From: Collinsella sp.
GTDB taxonomy: Bacteria; Actinomycetota; Coriobacteriia; Coriobacteriales; Coriobacteriaceae
Direction: 5' to 3'
Assembly: GCA_048489175.1 (NCBI GenBank)
Contig: DBFOIV010000177.1
Coordinates: 15,973-79,972 of the forward strand
DNA length: 64,000 nt
This document shows, one piece after another, positions 1-9,055 of this stretch. A model generated the notes under the pieces. The model worked only from the letters and a program-made list of their open reading frames with translations, was not told the DNA's origin and ran no database searches. Positions within the stretch are counted from its first letter, which is position 1. Every line of letters begins with the position of its first letter. Made by a program: the position numbers and the translations under genes.

Positions 1-61
1 GCTGAACCAGTACGACGCCAATGTGGGCTCCTGGAAGCCGCAGCAGCGTTCCCAAAATTAG
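1..61 (+). CDS. 3' end of an upstream CDS (partial, unidentified)
   Basis: Frame from base 2 reads LNQYDANVGSWKPQQRSQN to TAG at 59-61 with GC3-rich codons; too short to identify. Confidence 0.35.
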   Translation, partial: LNQYDANVGSWKPQQRSQN

Positions 62-93
62 TTCGCCATAGTCGGCATAACCTACGTGCGCAA

Positions 94-123
94 TTGATGT
101 AAGCGCATGCTTATTGCTACAAT
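94..123 (+). promoter_or_regulatory. Putative sigma70-type promoter of the cyclophilin gene
   Basis: TTGATG (94-99), 18 nt, TACAAT (118-123) preceded by TG-C (extended -10). Confidence 0.5.
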
Positions 124-162
124 TCGTACAAATATGCTTTAAACGCACGAGGAAGGAACCAC

Positions 163-705
163 ATGTTTGGTTTTAAGAAAGAGCTCTACACGCCCGAGTA
201 TCAGCTTGCCGGCGACGAGTGCGCCGTTATCGAGACGTCGAAGGGTACCATCAAGGTCAAGTTTGACGGCGAGGGCGCTCCCATTCATGTCGCGAACTTC
301 TGCGAGCTTTCCACGATGGGTTTCTATGATGGCCTTAAGTTCCATCGCTATGTGCCCGGCTTTGTCATTCAGGGCGGCGACCCCAATACCCGCGATATGT
401 CCGGCGCCGACGTTGCTGCCGGCCTTGAGGGCCCCGACGGCATGCCCGGTACCGGTGGCCCCGGCTACTGCATCAAGGGCGAGTTTGCCACCAATCCGCG
501 CAACAGCCATGTCGATGGTGCCCTTGCCATGGCACGCTCCATGGACCCCGATTCCGCGGGTTCGCAGTTCTACTTCTGCTTGGGTGCCCAGCATAACCTC
601 GATTCCGGTTACACCGTCTTTGGTACCACGGTCGAGGGTCTCGATGTGATTTCGCAGCTGCGTGCCGGCGACGAGATCGTCCATGTCGAGATCGTTCACG
701 AGTAA
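163..705 (+). CDS. Cyclophilin-type peptidyl-prolyl cis-trans isomerase
   Basis: FYDGLKFHRYVPGFVIQGGDP, ALAMAR, SAGSQF and YTVFG motifs; GAGGAAGG RBS. Confidence 0.95.
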   Translation: MFGFKKELYTPEYQLAGDECAVIETSKGTIKVKFDGEGAPIHVANFCELSTMGFYDGLKFHRYVPGFVIQGGDPNTRDMSGADVAAGLEGPDGMPGTGGPGYCIKGEFATNPRNSHVDGALAMARSMDPDSAGSQFYFCLGAQHNLDSGYTVFGTTVEGLDVISQLRAGDEIVHVEIVHE

Positions 706-716
706 AGGGGACTTCC

Positions 717-2021
717 TTGAATAGCCAGCTGATCCAACAGGGCCGCGCCGCTTACCGCGCGGGTGATTTTTCCGCTGCAGCCCAGATGCTTGGGGCGGCA
801 AAGACTCCCGATGAGATTATGGGCGAGGCCGATCACCTTCGTGGCAACGCCTTGATGCACCTCGGCATGTATGCCGAGGCTGCCGAGGCTTATGCCGCCG
901 CCCTCAACGACGGCACCTATGGCAAGCGCGGCGCGCTGCTCACCAACCGCGGCAAGGCACTCGCCGCGGTGGGCGACTACACGACGGCCGCTCAGGCGTT
1001 CTCTGCTGCTACCCAGGATGCTTCCTATGCCACGCCGTTCAAGGCTTATCTGGGCCTGGGTAACGCACTGTTCCAGTCGGGCGACTATGCCAACGCGGGT
1101 ACTGCCTTCCGTCAGGCTGCCATCGACGGCGCCAATCCGGCTCCTGCCGCCGCACTCGGCGAGCTCGGTCGTTGCTTCATTAAGCTCGGCCGTCCGGCGG
1201 ATGCCGTGGAGACCTACCGCACGGCTATCGACTTTGCCGGCCCCCGCGACGACACGCGTGCGCTCAATGCCGGCATGGGTCAGGCGCTTTCTGCCGCCGG
1301 CCGTCCCTCCGACGCACTCGACGCCTTTAACGCCGCTACTGCCGATGGCATCTACCAGCTCACTTCCGAGCAGGCCGATGAGCTTGCCCGCGTGCACGAT
1401 TCGCTTGCCGCACTGTCTGCCCAGACGGCTATGGCCACGGCTCCGGCGCCCGCGATGGACGCTCCTGCCGTTGATCCGCTCGATCCTACGGGCGCGACCG
1501 GCCAGTTTATGCCCGATCCCTCGGACACCGGCTTCTTTACGCTGTCCGAGTCCGAGATGGTCCAGCAGGACCGTCAGGATCGTAAGCAGGCCAAGGTCCG
1601 TCGTCGCCATCGCCACACGGGCCTCAAAGTCTTCATCGTGCTGCTTCTGCTCATCTTGATCGCCGCGGGCGGTCTGGGCTTTGCCTACACGCGCGGCTTT
1701 GGCTTCCCGTCTCAGGAGTCTGTCGTTACCGATCTGTTCCAGGCTGCCGGCGACGGTGACACCGCAAAGGCCGAGTCTTGCCTGGCCTCGAGCCTGTCCG
1801 AGGACGCCAAGTCGATGATCATCTCCTCGATTCCGCAGGGTGCCACCGTGTCCGTCGAGGGCATGGATCAGTCCATGACCGAGACGACCGCCAAGGTGAA
1901 GGCTTCGCTGTCCAAGGGCGGCGAGCAGGAGTACACCGTCAAATTCGTGCGCTCCGACAACCATATCGGCTGGGCCGTTTCCTCGCTCGATATGGATTTC
2001 TCGGCTGCTGACAACCAGTAG
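717..2021 (+). CDS. Tetratricopeptide-repeat membrane protein
   Basis: Repeated TPR-like helices (AYLGLGNALFQSGDYANA), basic patch RRRHRH, TM helix VFIVLLLLILIAAGGLGFAY, ~100-aa C-terminal domain; TTG start. Confidence 0.8.
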   Translation: MNSQLIQQGRAAYRAGDFSAAAQMLGAAKTPDEIMGEADHLRGNALMHLGMYAEAAEAYAAALNDGTYGKRGALLTNRGKALAAVGDYTTAAQAFSAATQDASYATPFKAYLGLGNALFQSGDYANAGTAFRQAAIDGANPAPAAALGELGRCFIKLGRPADAVETYRTAIDFAGPRDDTRALNAGMGQALSAAGRPSDALDAFNAATADGIYQLTSEQADELARVHDSLAALSAQTAMATAPAPAMDAPAVDPLDPTGATGQFMPDPSDTGFFTLSESEMVQQDRQDRKQAKVRRRHRHTGLKVFIVLLLLILIAAGGLGFAYTRGFGFPSQESVVTDLFQAAGDGDTAKAESCLASSLSEDAKSMIISSIPQGATVSVEGMDQSMTETTAKVKASLSKGGEQEYTVKFVRSDNHIGWAVSSLDMDFSAADNQ

Positions 2022-2043
2022 TGACCTTATGGGATTTAGCTTT

Positions 2044-2078
2044 GCCCGGCGCTTCACCGCAAGTGAGGTGCCGGGCTT
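2044..2078 (+). terminator. Hairpin after the TPR gene (weak U tail)
   Basis: GCCCGGCGCTTCAC-CGCAA-GTGAGGTGCCGGGC then TT. Confidence 0.5.
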
Positions 2079-2136
2079 GCGCTAGTATGATGAGCTAGTA
2101 GTTTTCCAGCAATCATCCAACACATCAGGAGTTGCG

Positions 2137-3180
2137 TTGTTTTCTTTGATGGATATGTTCTTCGGTAGCTATGCGGGCGATCTTGCCATCGACCTCGGCA
2201 CCGCAAATACGCTTGTCTCCGTGCGCGGCAAGGGCATCGTCATCCGCGAGCCCTCCGTCGTCGCCATCGACAAGAACGACGAGCGCATCCTGGCGGTCGG
2301 TATCGAGGCAAAGCGCATGCTCGGCCGTACGCCCGGCAACATTGTGGCCGTTCGTCCCCTGAAGGACGGCGTCATCGCCGACTTCGACGTTACCGAGGCC
2401 ATGCTTCGCTACTTTATCGACAAGGCGTCCGAGAAGCGCTATCCGTGGACTCCGCGTCCGCGTGTTGTCGTCTGCGTTCCCTCCGGCGTCACGTCGGTCG
2501 AGAAGCGCGCTGTCTTTGAGGCCACGATCCAGGCCGGCGCTCGCCAGGCCTACCTGATCGAGGAGCCCATGGCTGCTGCTATCGGCGCCGACCTGCCTGT
2601 CGAGGAGCCTACCGGCTCCATGGTCATCGACATCGGTGGCGGTACCACCGAGGTTGCCGTTATCGCTATGGGCGGCATCGTCGTCTCGCAGTCCATCCGT
2701 ATTGCCGGCGACGAGTTCGATCAGGCCATCCTCACGCACGTTCGCGATGCCTACAACCTTGCCATCGGCGAGCGTACGGCAGAGGACATCAAGATCAAGG
2801 TCGGTTCCGCCGTGCCGCTCAAGGACGAGCTCGACGTCGAGGTCAACGGCCGCGACGTGATCACCGGTCTGCCCAAGACCGTGCGCATCGAGAGCGAGGA
2901 GATTCGTCGCGCGCTCAACAAGCCGCTCGACGAGATGGCCAAGGCCGTCAAGGACGCACTCGACGCTACGCCTCCCGATCTTGCCTCGGACCTTATGTAC
3001 TACGGCATTTTGCTGACTGGTGGCGGCGCGCTGCTGCGCGGTCTCGACGTGCGCCTGCGCGATGAGACCGGTGTTTCGGTCAACGTCAGCCCCACGGCGC
3101 TCGATAACGTCGTTAACGGCTGTGCCCGCGTGCTCGAGGCCAATGCGTTTGATGGCGGCTTCGTCCAGACCAATGCTTAA
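2137..3180 (+). CDS. mreB: Rod shape-determining actin-like protein MreB
   Basis: IDLGTANT, RPLKDGVIADF, IEEPMAAAIGA, DIGGGTTE and LTGGGALL motifs. Confidence 0.97.
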   Translation: MFSLMDMFFGSYAGDLAIDLGTANTLVSVRGKGIVIREPSVVAIDKNDERILAVGIEAKRMLGRTPGNIVAVRPLKDGVIADFDVTEAMLRYFIDKASEKRYPWTPRPRVVVCVPSGVTSVEKRAVFEATIQAGARQAYLIEEPMAAAIGADLPVEEPTGSMVIDIGGGTTEVAVIAMGGIVVSQSIRIAGDEFDQAILTHVRDAYNLAIGERTAEDIKIKVGSAVPLKDELDVEVNGRDVITGLPKTVRIESEEIRRALNKPLDEMAKAVKDALDATPPDLASDLMYYGILLTGGGALLRGLDVRLRDETGVSVNVSPTALDNVVNGCARVLEANAFDGGFVQTNA

Positions 3181-3201
3181 TTTCCAAAAGGTGGATTCCA
3201 T

Positions 3202-4200
3202 TTGGCACGATCTTCGGGTTTCTCCACAAATCTGAATACCAAGCGACAATCAACGGGTATGCGCCCGTTGATTGTTTTCAGCCTGATTTCGGTGTTGCTG
3301 CTCACGTTTTACATCCGCGAGGGCGAGGCAGGACCGATTCATGCCGTGCGTTCGGGCGTAACGACGATTACCTCGCCGGTGCGCTTTGTGGGTTCGGCTG
3401 TGGCGGCTCCCTTCAATGCGATTGGCAACGTGTTCTCTAACCTTACGGCGTCGCAGGACACGCTTGACGAGCTTAAGAAGCAAAACGAGGAACTGACCTC
3501 TAAGGTTGCCGAGCTCTCCGAGGCTCAAAAGACCGCTGAGCGTCTGGAAGGGCTGGTCGGCCTGCAGTCGACCTACAACCTTAAATCGACCGCAGCTCGT
3601 ATTGTCGGTGCCTCCGGCGATGCTTGGACCTCGACCGTTACCATCGACAAGGGCTCTGCCGACGGCCTTACCATCAACATGCCCGTGACGAGTTCTGCCG
3701 GTGTCATCGGCCAGATTATCGAGGTATCGGCCAAGACCTCTACCGTGCGCCTGATTGGCGACGAGAACTCGGGTGTGTCCGCCATGGTGCAGGACACGCG
3801 CGCCCAGGGCATGCTGCAGGGTCAGGCTGACGGCACGCTGCGTCTTGAGTACGTGAGCGTCGACTCCGATGTTAAGGTTGGCGACATCATCGTGACCTCG
3901 GGCATTGGCGGCGTGTTCCCCAAGGGTCTACCGCTCGGCACCGTCTCGTCGGTTGAGAAATCGGCAAACGACGTGTACTACACCATTGTGGTGCGCGCCC
4001 AGACGACGGCCGAGAACAACGAGGAAGTGCTGGTCATCACCTCGCTGACCGACGAACAGTCGGCCTCGGACGAGGACGTGAGCACGGCCAACAGCACGCC
4101 GCAGGGAACGTCGCGCGACGCTGCGACCAAGACGAAGGACGAGAGCTCGGATGACAGTTCCGACACGTCCGAGACGACCGATTCCGGCTCGAGCGAATAG
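3202..4200 (+). CDS. mreC: Rod shape-determining protein MreC
   Basis: N-terminal TM, coiled coil, TIDKGS.DG and VTSGIGGVFPKGLP; follows mreB. Confidence 0.93.
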   Translation: MARSSGFSTNLNTKRQSTGMRPLIVFSLISVLLLTFYIREGEAGPIHAVRSGVTTITSPVRFVGSAVAAPFNAIGNVFSNLTASQDTLDELKKQNEELTSKVAELSEAQKTAERLEGLVGLQSTYNLKSTAARIVGASGDAWTSTVTIDKGSADGLTINMPVTSSAGVIGQIIEVSAKTSTVRLIGDENSGVSAMVQDTRAQGMLQGQADGTLRLEYVSVDSDVKVGDIIVTSGIGGVFPKGLPLGTVSSVEKSANDVYYTIVVRAQTTAENNEEVLVITSLTDEQSASDEDVSTANSTPQGTSRDAATKTKDESSDDSSDTSETTDSGSSE

Positions 4201-4205
4201 GGGGC

Positions 4206-4778
4206 ATGTCCATGGATCTACACGAGCAGGGGATGAGCTCCCGCACGTTTGTGATCGCCGCCATCGTGTGCGTGCTGCTGCAGGCAGGCCTGGCACCGCA
4301 GATCTCCATTGCGGGCGGTCGCGTCAACTTCATGATTATCCTGGTGTGCCTAAGCGTGTTCTCGGGCGATCCCACACGGGCTGTCGTCTGCGGTTTTTGC
4401 AGTGGCCTGTTCTATGATCTTTCCGCTGCCGTTCCGGTGGGCGTTATGTCGCTGCTGCTGACGGTGGGCAGTTTTGCCCTGGTGCACAGCGCGGCCGGTC
4501 AGACGAGCGGGTCCCCGAGCGCGCGCGGTATTACCGTGGGCGCCTTCGCGCTTGCCATCAATGTGGTCTACAGCATCATCTTGCTGTTTATGGGTCTGGA
4601 GACGAGCTTTGTGGTGGCTGTTTTTGGACACGCCCTGCCGTCTTCGATCCTGACGGGTCTGGTTGCCATTCCGTTTTTGATGTCCGGCGTCGTGCCGCAG
4701 TCCGGCTATGGATTCTCCGCACGTGGCGGACGCCAGGCGGGTATGCGCTTTAAGCCCAAGACCCGTAAGCTTAAATAG
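4206..4778 (+). CDS. mreD: Rod shape-determining protein MreD
   Basis: Hydrophobic multi-TM protein with GF..GL..D motif, between mreC and PBP2. Confidence 0.8.
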   Translation: MSMDLHEQGMSSRTFVIAAIVCVLLQAGLAPQISIAGGRVNFMIILVCLSVFSGDPTRAVVCGFCSGLFYDLSAAVPVGVMSLLLTVGSFALVHSAAGQTSGSPSARGITVGAFALAINVVYSIILLFMGLETSFVVAVFGHALPSSILTGLVAIPFLMSGVVPQSGYGFSARGGRQAGMRFKPKTRKLK

Positions 4779-4791
4779 GGGAGGCCCGTAG

Positions 4792-6861
4792 ATGTCTTCC
4801 CAGATGACGGTTATTATCGCCGGTATCGTGCTGGTTGTGGCCATCGTGGTCGCGCTGGTCATCATGCGTCGTGGCGATTCCCGTTTTACCTACGATACGC
4901 AGCATGGAACGGCCCCGCGCGCCACCGAGGGCGAGGGCAATACTGCGGCGACCGCCTTTAAGGGCCGTTTTTCCATCCTCACCACGGGTGTGGGCGCGAT
5001 GTTTGCGGCACTTGCCGTCAAGCTGTGGGGCATGCAGATGGTCTCGTCGGACTATTACGAGAAGCAGGCCAATAGTAATCAGACTCGCACCGTTACCACA
5101 CCCGCTGTGCGCGGTCGCATCCTCGACCGCAATGGCGTGGCGCTTGTCCAGAACCGTCCCTCACTTGCTGTCGTGGCCTACCGCGACCTTGCCGAGGATG
5201 AGGTTCTGGTTCGCCATCTTGCCAACGTGCTTGGAATGCCTTATGTGGCGGTCCTTCGCAATATTCAGGACAATACAGAGGGCGCTCAGAGCCTGCATAC
5301 CATCGCGACGGACGTCCGTCGCTCCACGGTTGCCTATATTCAGGAGCATGCCGGCGAGTTCCCGGGCGTCAAGATTGCCGAGCGTACCGAGCGCCAGTAT
5401 CCATACGGCGAGACGGCATGCCATATCTTGGGCTATACCGGCACCATTACCTCCGAGCAGCTCGAGGCCCAGAATAAGAAAACCTCTGGGGATGATGATG
5501 CTTCTGCTGGCAAGATTACGTACCAGTCGGGCGATATCGTGGGCCAGGCGGGCGTTGAGAGCTACTACGAAAACCTGCTGCAGGGTATTCGTGGCGAGCA
5601 GACCGTCAAGGTCGATGCCTCGGGCAACGTGACCGGTCAGGCCGGCGCCGTGCCCGCGAAGGCCGGCTCTGACATTAAGCTTACGCTCGACCTTAAGATC
5701 CAGCAGGCCTGCGAGACGGCGCTGGCGAGCGCTATCGAGCTTGCCAAGACCACTGGCTACAGCAATGCCGGCAACGGCGCTGTAGTGTGTCTCGATCCCA
5801 ACAATGGCGAGATCCTGGGCATGGCGAGCCAGCCCAAGTTCGATCCGTCCGTCTTTATCGGCGGCGTCTCAAATGACGTGTGGACCGAGCTCAATGATGA
5901 CAAGGGTTCGCACCCGCTGCTCAACCGCGCCATTAGCGGACAGTACATGTCGGCCTCGACCATCAAGCCGCTCTCGGCGCTGGCCGGTCTTGAGTTTGGA
6001 ACCTACACTTCAACGCAGACAACCAACTGCACGGGCTATTGGACGGGCCTGGGCAAGGCTTGGGGCAAGCGCTGCTGGCTGACGTCTGGCCACGGCACCA
6101 TGACGCTGCAGTCGGGTATCGCCAACTCGTGCGACCCTGTCTTCTACGACATGGGCAAGGCGTTCTTTTATGACGAGCAACATCCCGAGGGCCTGCAGGA
6201 GGTCTTTCGTCGCTGGGGTCTAGGCAAGACCTGCGGTATCGATCTGCCGAGTGAGGGCGCGGGCCGTATTCCCGATGCCGAGTGGAAAGAGTCGTACTTC
6301 ACCGACGCCTCTGCCGAGGACCGCAAGTGGAATGCCGGCGATATGACCAACATTGCTATCGGTCAGGGTGACATTCTGGTGACGCCCCTGCAGATGGCGT
6401 GTGCCTATATGGGTCTTGCCAACGGCGGCAAACAGTACGTGCCTCACGTGTTTTTGTCTGCCGTGTCGCGCGATGGCGACGGCGATGCCTATAAGTACAA
6501 CGGCAAGGGCAAGAAGAAGCGCTTGGTGGCCAAGATCAACAGCGATTCGGATTTGGCTCTTGTTCGCAACGGCATGCACGACGTGATTTACACGGCATCG
6601 ACGTCCCTGGCGGCGCACTTTGGCACCCTGACGCCGCAGGTATACGGCAAGTCGGGCACGGGCGAGAAAAGCGGCGAGGACGAATACGCGTGGTTCTGCG
6701 CCTATGCACCGGCCGATGACCCCAAGTATGTCATCGCTACCGTCCTGGAGCAGGGCGGCGGTGGCTCAGATACCGCGATGCATGTCGTGCGCGACGTGCT
6801 CGGCGTGATTTATGACGAGCCCGATACCTCTTCGGCCTCGGGCGATTCTTCGGTTCGATAG
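4792..6861 (+). CDS. mrdA: Penicillin-binding protein 2 (class B transpeptidase)
   Basis: RGRILDRNG, STIK (SxxK), SCD (SxD) and KSGT motifs; in mre cluster. Confidence 0.93.
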   Translation: MSSQMTVIIAGIVLVVAIVVALVIMRRGDSRFTYDTQHGTAPRATEGEGNTAATAFKGRFSILTTGVGAMFAALAVKLWGMQMVSSDYYEKQANSNQTRTVTTPAVRGRILDRNGVALVQNRPSLAVVAYRDLAEDEVLVRHLANVLGMPYVAVLRNIQDNTEGAQSLHTIATDVRRSTVAYIQEHAGEFPGVKIAERTERQYPYGETACHILGYTGTITSEQLEAQNKKTSGDDDASAGKITYQSGDIVGQAGVESYYENLLQGIRGEQTVKVDASGNVTGQAGAVPAKAGSDIKLTLDLKIQQACETALASAIELAKTTGYSNAGNGAVVCLDPNNGEILGMASQPKFDPSVFIGGVSNDVWTELNDDKGSHPLLNRAISGQYMSASTIKPLSALAGLEFGTYTSTQTTNCTGYWTGLGKAWGKRCWLTSGHGTMTLQSGIANSCDPVFYDMGKAFFYDEQHPEGLQEVFRRWGLGKTCGIDLPSEGAGRIPDAEWKESYFTDASAEDRKWNAGDMTNIAIGQGDILVTPLQMACAYMGLANGGKQYVPHVFLSAVSRDGDGDAYKYNGKGKKKRLVAKINSDSDLALVRNGMHDVIYTASTSLAAHFGTLTPQVYGKSGTGEKSGEDEYAWFCAYAPADDPKYVIATVLEQGGGGSDTAMHVVRDVLGVIYDEPDTSSASGDSSVR

Positions 6862-6870
6862 GAGGTTGCG

Positions 6871-8097
6871 ATGGATTTTTCTCCGGCGGATCTGTTCCGT
6901 TCAACCAAGACCGGCTCTCGCAGCAGCCTGGACCGCGTCAACAAGCAACTTTCGGCCTCGCGCGGCACGTTTCGTCAAAAGGTGCATATCGGTGTGCTCG
7001 TGGCTACTGTGGCGCTCGTCGCCTACGGTGCCATCATCATCTGGTCGGCTTCGCAGTTTAAGGCTGATGCCTCGTTCTCACGCCATCTGCTGGGAATTGG
7101 CATCGGAGCGGTGCTGGCGGTGCTCGTCTGGCGTACCGATCTGCGCGGTATTTCCAATTTCTCGACGGCGTTGCTCGTCATCGACCTGATCGTGATCCTC
7201 TCGCCCAAGATTCCGGGTCTGTCCTATACGGGCGGTCTGGGCATGACGGGCTGGATCAAGATTCCCGGTATCGGCTTGACATTCCAGCCGGTTGAGCTTG
7301 CCAAGCTCATCACCATCTTCTTTATTGCTACGCTTGGCTCGCAGTATAACGGTCGCATCGATACCGTTCGCGACTACGTCAAGCTCTGCGGCATGCTGTC
7401 CATTCCGTTTTTGGCCGTCGTTGCCATGGGCGACCTGGGCTCGGGCCTGGTCGTGCTTGTTTCGGGCGCCATCGTCATTTGTATGAGCGGTGCACGCCGC
7501 GAATGGGTGCTGTCGACCCTGGCCCTGCTCGTGGGCTTGGTGGCCCTCGTTCTGGCGCTCGATTCGGTCTTTGATTCGTTGCTCGGCCACGATGTGCTCA
7601 TCAAGCAGTATCAGATGAACCGTCTGACGGTCTTTATCGACCCCGATAATGCCGATTCGGACGATGCCTACAACCTGCAGCAGTCGCTTATCGCCGTTGG
7701 CTCGGGCGGCTTCTTTGGTAAGGGTTTGGGCCATGCGACGCAGTCGGCCGGCGGCTTTCTGCCTGAGTTCCACACCGACTTCGTCTTCGCCTTTCTGTCC
7801 GAGACCTTTGGCTTTTGCGGTTCCTTTTTGCTCCTGTGCCTCTACGTGCTGCTGATCTTTTCGACGATTCGCGTCGCCTTTAAGTGCGAGTCGCTGTTTT
7901 TGCGTCTTTCGTGTGTGGGCATCGTTGGCATGTGGGCGTTCCAGACCTTCGAAAACATCGGCATGTGCATCGGCATGATGCCGATTACCGGTATTCCGCT
8001 ACCGTTTATTAGCTTCGGTTCGTCTTCGATGATGATCCAGCTGCTGACGGTGGGTATCGTACAATCCATATGGCGGCATCGTTCGGGCGCCGCGTAA
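6871..8097 (+). CDS. rodA: SEDS family peptidoglycan polymerase RodA
   Basis: FQPVELAK, DLGSG, LPEFHTDF and PITGIPLPFISFG motifs; follows mrdA. Confidence 0.92.
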   Translation: MDFSPADLFRSTKTGSRSSLDRVNKQLSASRGTFRQKVHIGVLVATVALVAYGAIIIWSASQFKADASFSRHLLGIGIGAVLAVLVWRTDLRGISNFSTALLVIDLIVILSPKIPGLSYTGGLGMTGWIKIPGIGLTFQPVELAKLITIFFIATLGSQYNGRIDTVRDYVKLCGMLSIPFLAVVAMGDLGSGLVVLVSGAIVICMSGARREWVLSTLALLVGLVALVLALDSVFDSLLGHDVLIKQYQMNRLTVFIDPDNADSDDAYNLQQSLIAVGSGGFFGKGLGHATQSAGGFLPEFHTDFVFAFLSETFGFCGSFLLLCLYVLLIFSTIRVAFKCESLFLRLSCVGIVGMWAFQTFENIGMCIGMMPITGIPLPFISFGSSSMMIQLLTVGIVQSIWRHRSGAA

Positions 8098-8115
8098 CCG
8101 CTGGAGGGGTTTGCT

Positions 8116-9045
8116 ATGAAAATTCCCGTAGATAAGCTGACCCGCGCTTTTAAGATGGGCGCGTCCGTTAAGAAGGATTCCGATACGCCGGTGCGCGTCT
8201 CGGTCTATCTGGATTCGTCCGCCTCGCGCTTTCTGGCCGAGACGGTGCGTGACGCCTTTGTGCCGCAGACGACCTCGGGCATTGTGCGCGTCGAGCGTCT
8301 GGGGGAGGAGCGAATTGCTCCAAAGACCGATACCGATGTGGTACTGGTGCTCTCGTGTGGTTCCGACCGCTTGGAGAGTGCCGTGCAGGAGCTCGTGATC
8401 GCCGGTGCGCCCGTGTGCGTGCTTGCCGAGTCTGCTGTGGAGGTGCCGTTTATCGAGGAGTCCACGCCCATGCTCGGCGTGGTAGCGGCAACCGATAAGA
8501 CGTATCTGCTCGAGACGCTTGCCCGCTGGATTCTCGATCGCACCGACAAGGAAACGGCCTTTGCGGCGAACTTTGCCTTCATGCGCATCGCGGCGGCCAA
8601 TCGTATCATCACCTCGTGCGCGCTCACCAATATGGCGACCGGTGCGCTGGCGTTTTTGCCGGGCGCCGATTATCCCGTTATGGCGCTGGCGCAGGTGGGT
8701 ATGCTCTTTGAGCTCGCTGCCGTCTTTGGACGCGGCATTAAGCCTGAGCGCGGCTACGAGGTCGCGGGCGTGCTTGCCGGCGGTCTTGTGATCCGCGCGG
8801 TTACCCGCGCGCTCGTCAAGCAGACGCCTCATATTGGGTTTGCCGTCAAGGCGCTCACTGCTGCCGCGGGCACCTATGGCATGGGCCGTGCGCTCGTTTC
8901 GCTCTACGAGCGCGATGTCGACTACAGCCGTGCCAACGAGGTGGTCACTGCCACGTTCTCCCGCGTTCGCGATCTGGTGACCACGGTCGCGGGCGCTACC
9001 CGTCCTATGGCGTCCTATCAGGACGCATCCGATATCGCTGCTTAG
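8116..9045 (+). CDS. DUF697/YcjF-like hypothetical protein
   Basis: C-terminal half AANRII...LPGADYPVMALAQVGM..ELAAVFG resembles the DUF697 pattern; GGAGG RBS. Confidence 0.6.
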   Translation: MKIPVDKLTRAFKMGASVKKDSDTPVRVSVYLDSSASRFLAETVRDAFVPQTTSGIVRVERLGEERIAPKTDTDVVLVLSCGSDRLESAVQELVIAGAPVCVLAESAVEVPFIEESTPMLGVVAATDKTYLLETLARWILDRTDKETAFAANFAFMRIAAANRIITSCALTNMATGALAFLPGADYPVMALAQVGMLFELAAVFGRGIKPERGYEVAGVLAGGLVIRAVTRALVKQTPHIGFAVKALTAAAGTYGMGRALVSLYERDVDYSRANEVVTATFSRVRDLVTTVAGATRPMASYQDASDIAA

Positions 9046-9055
9046 GGGTTTTCCG

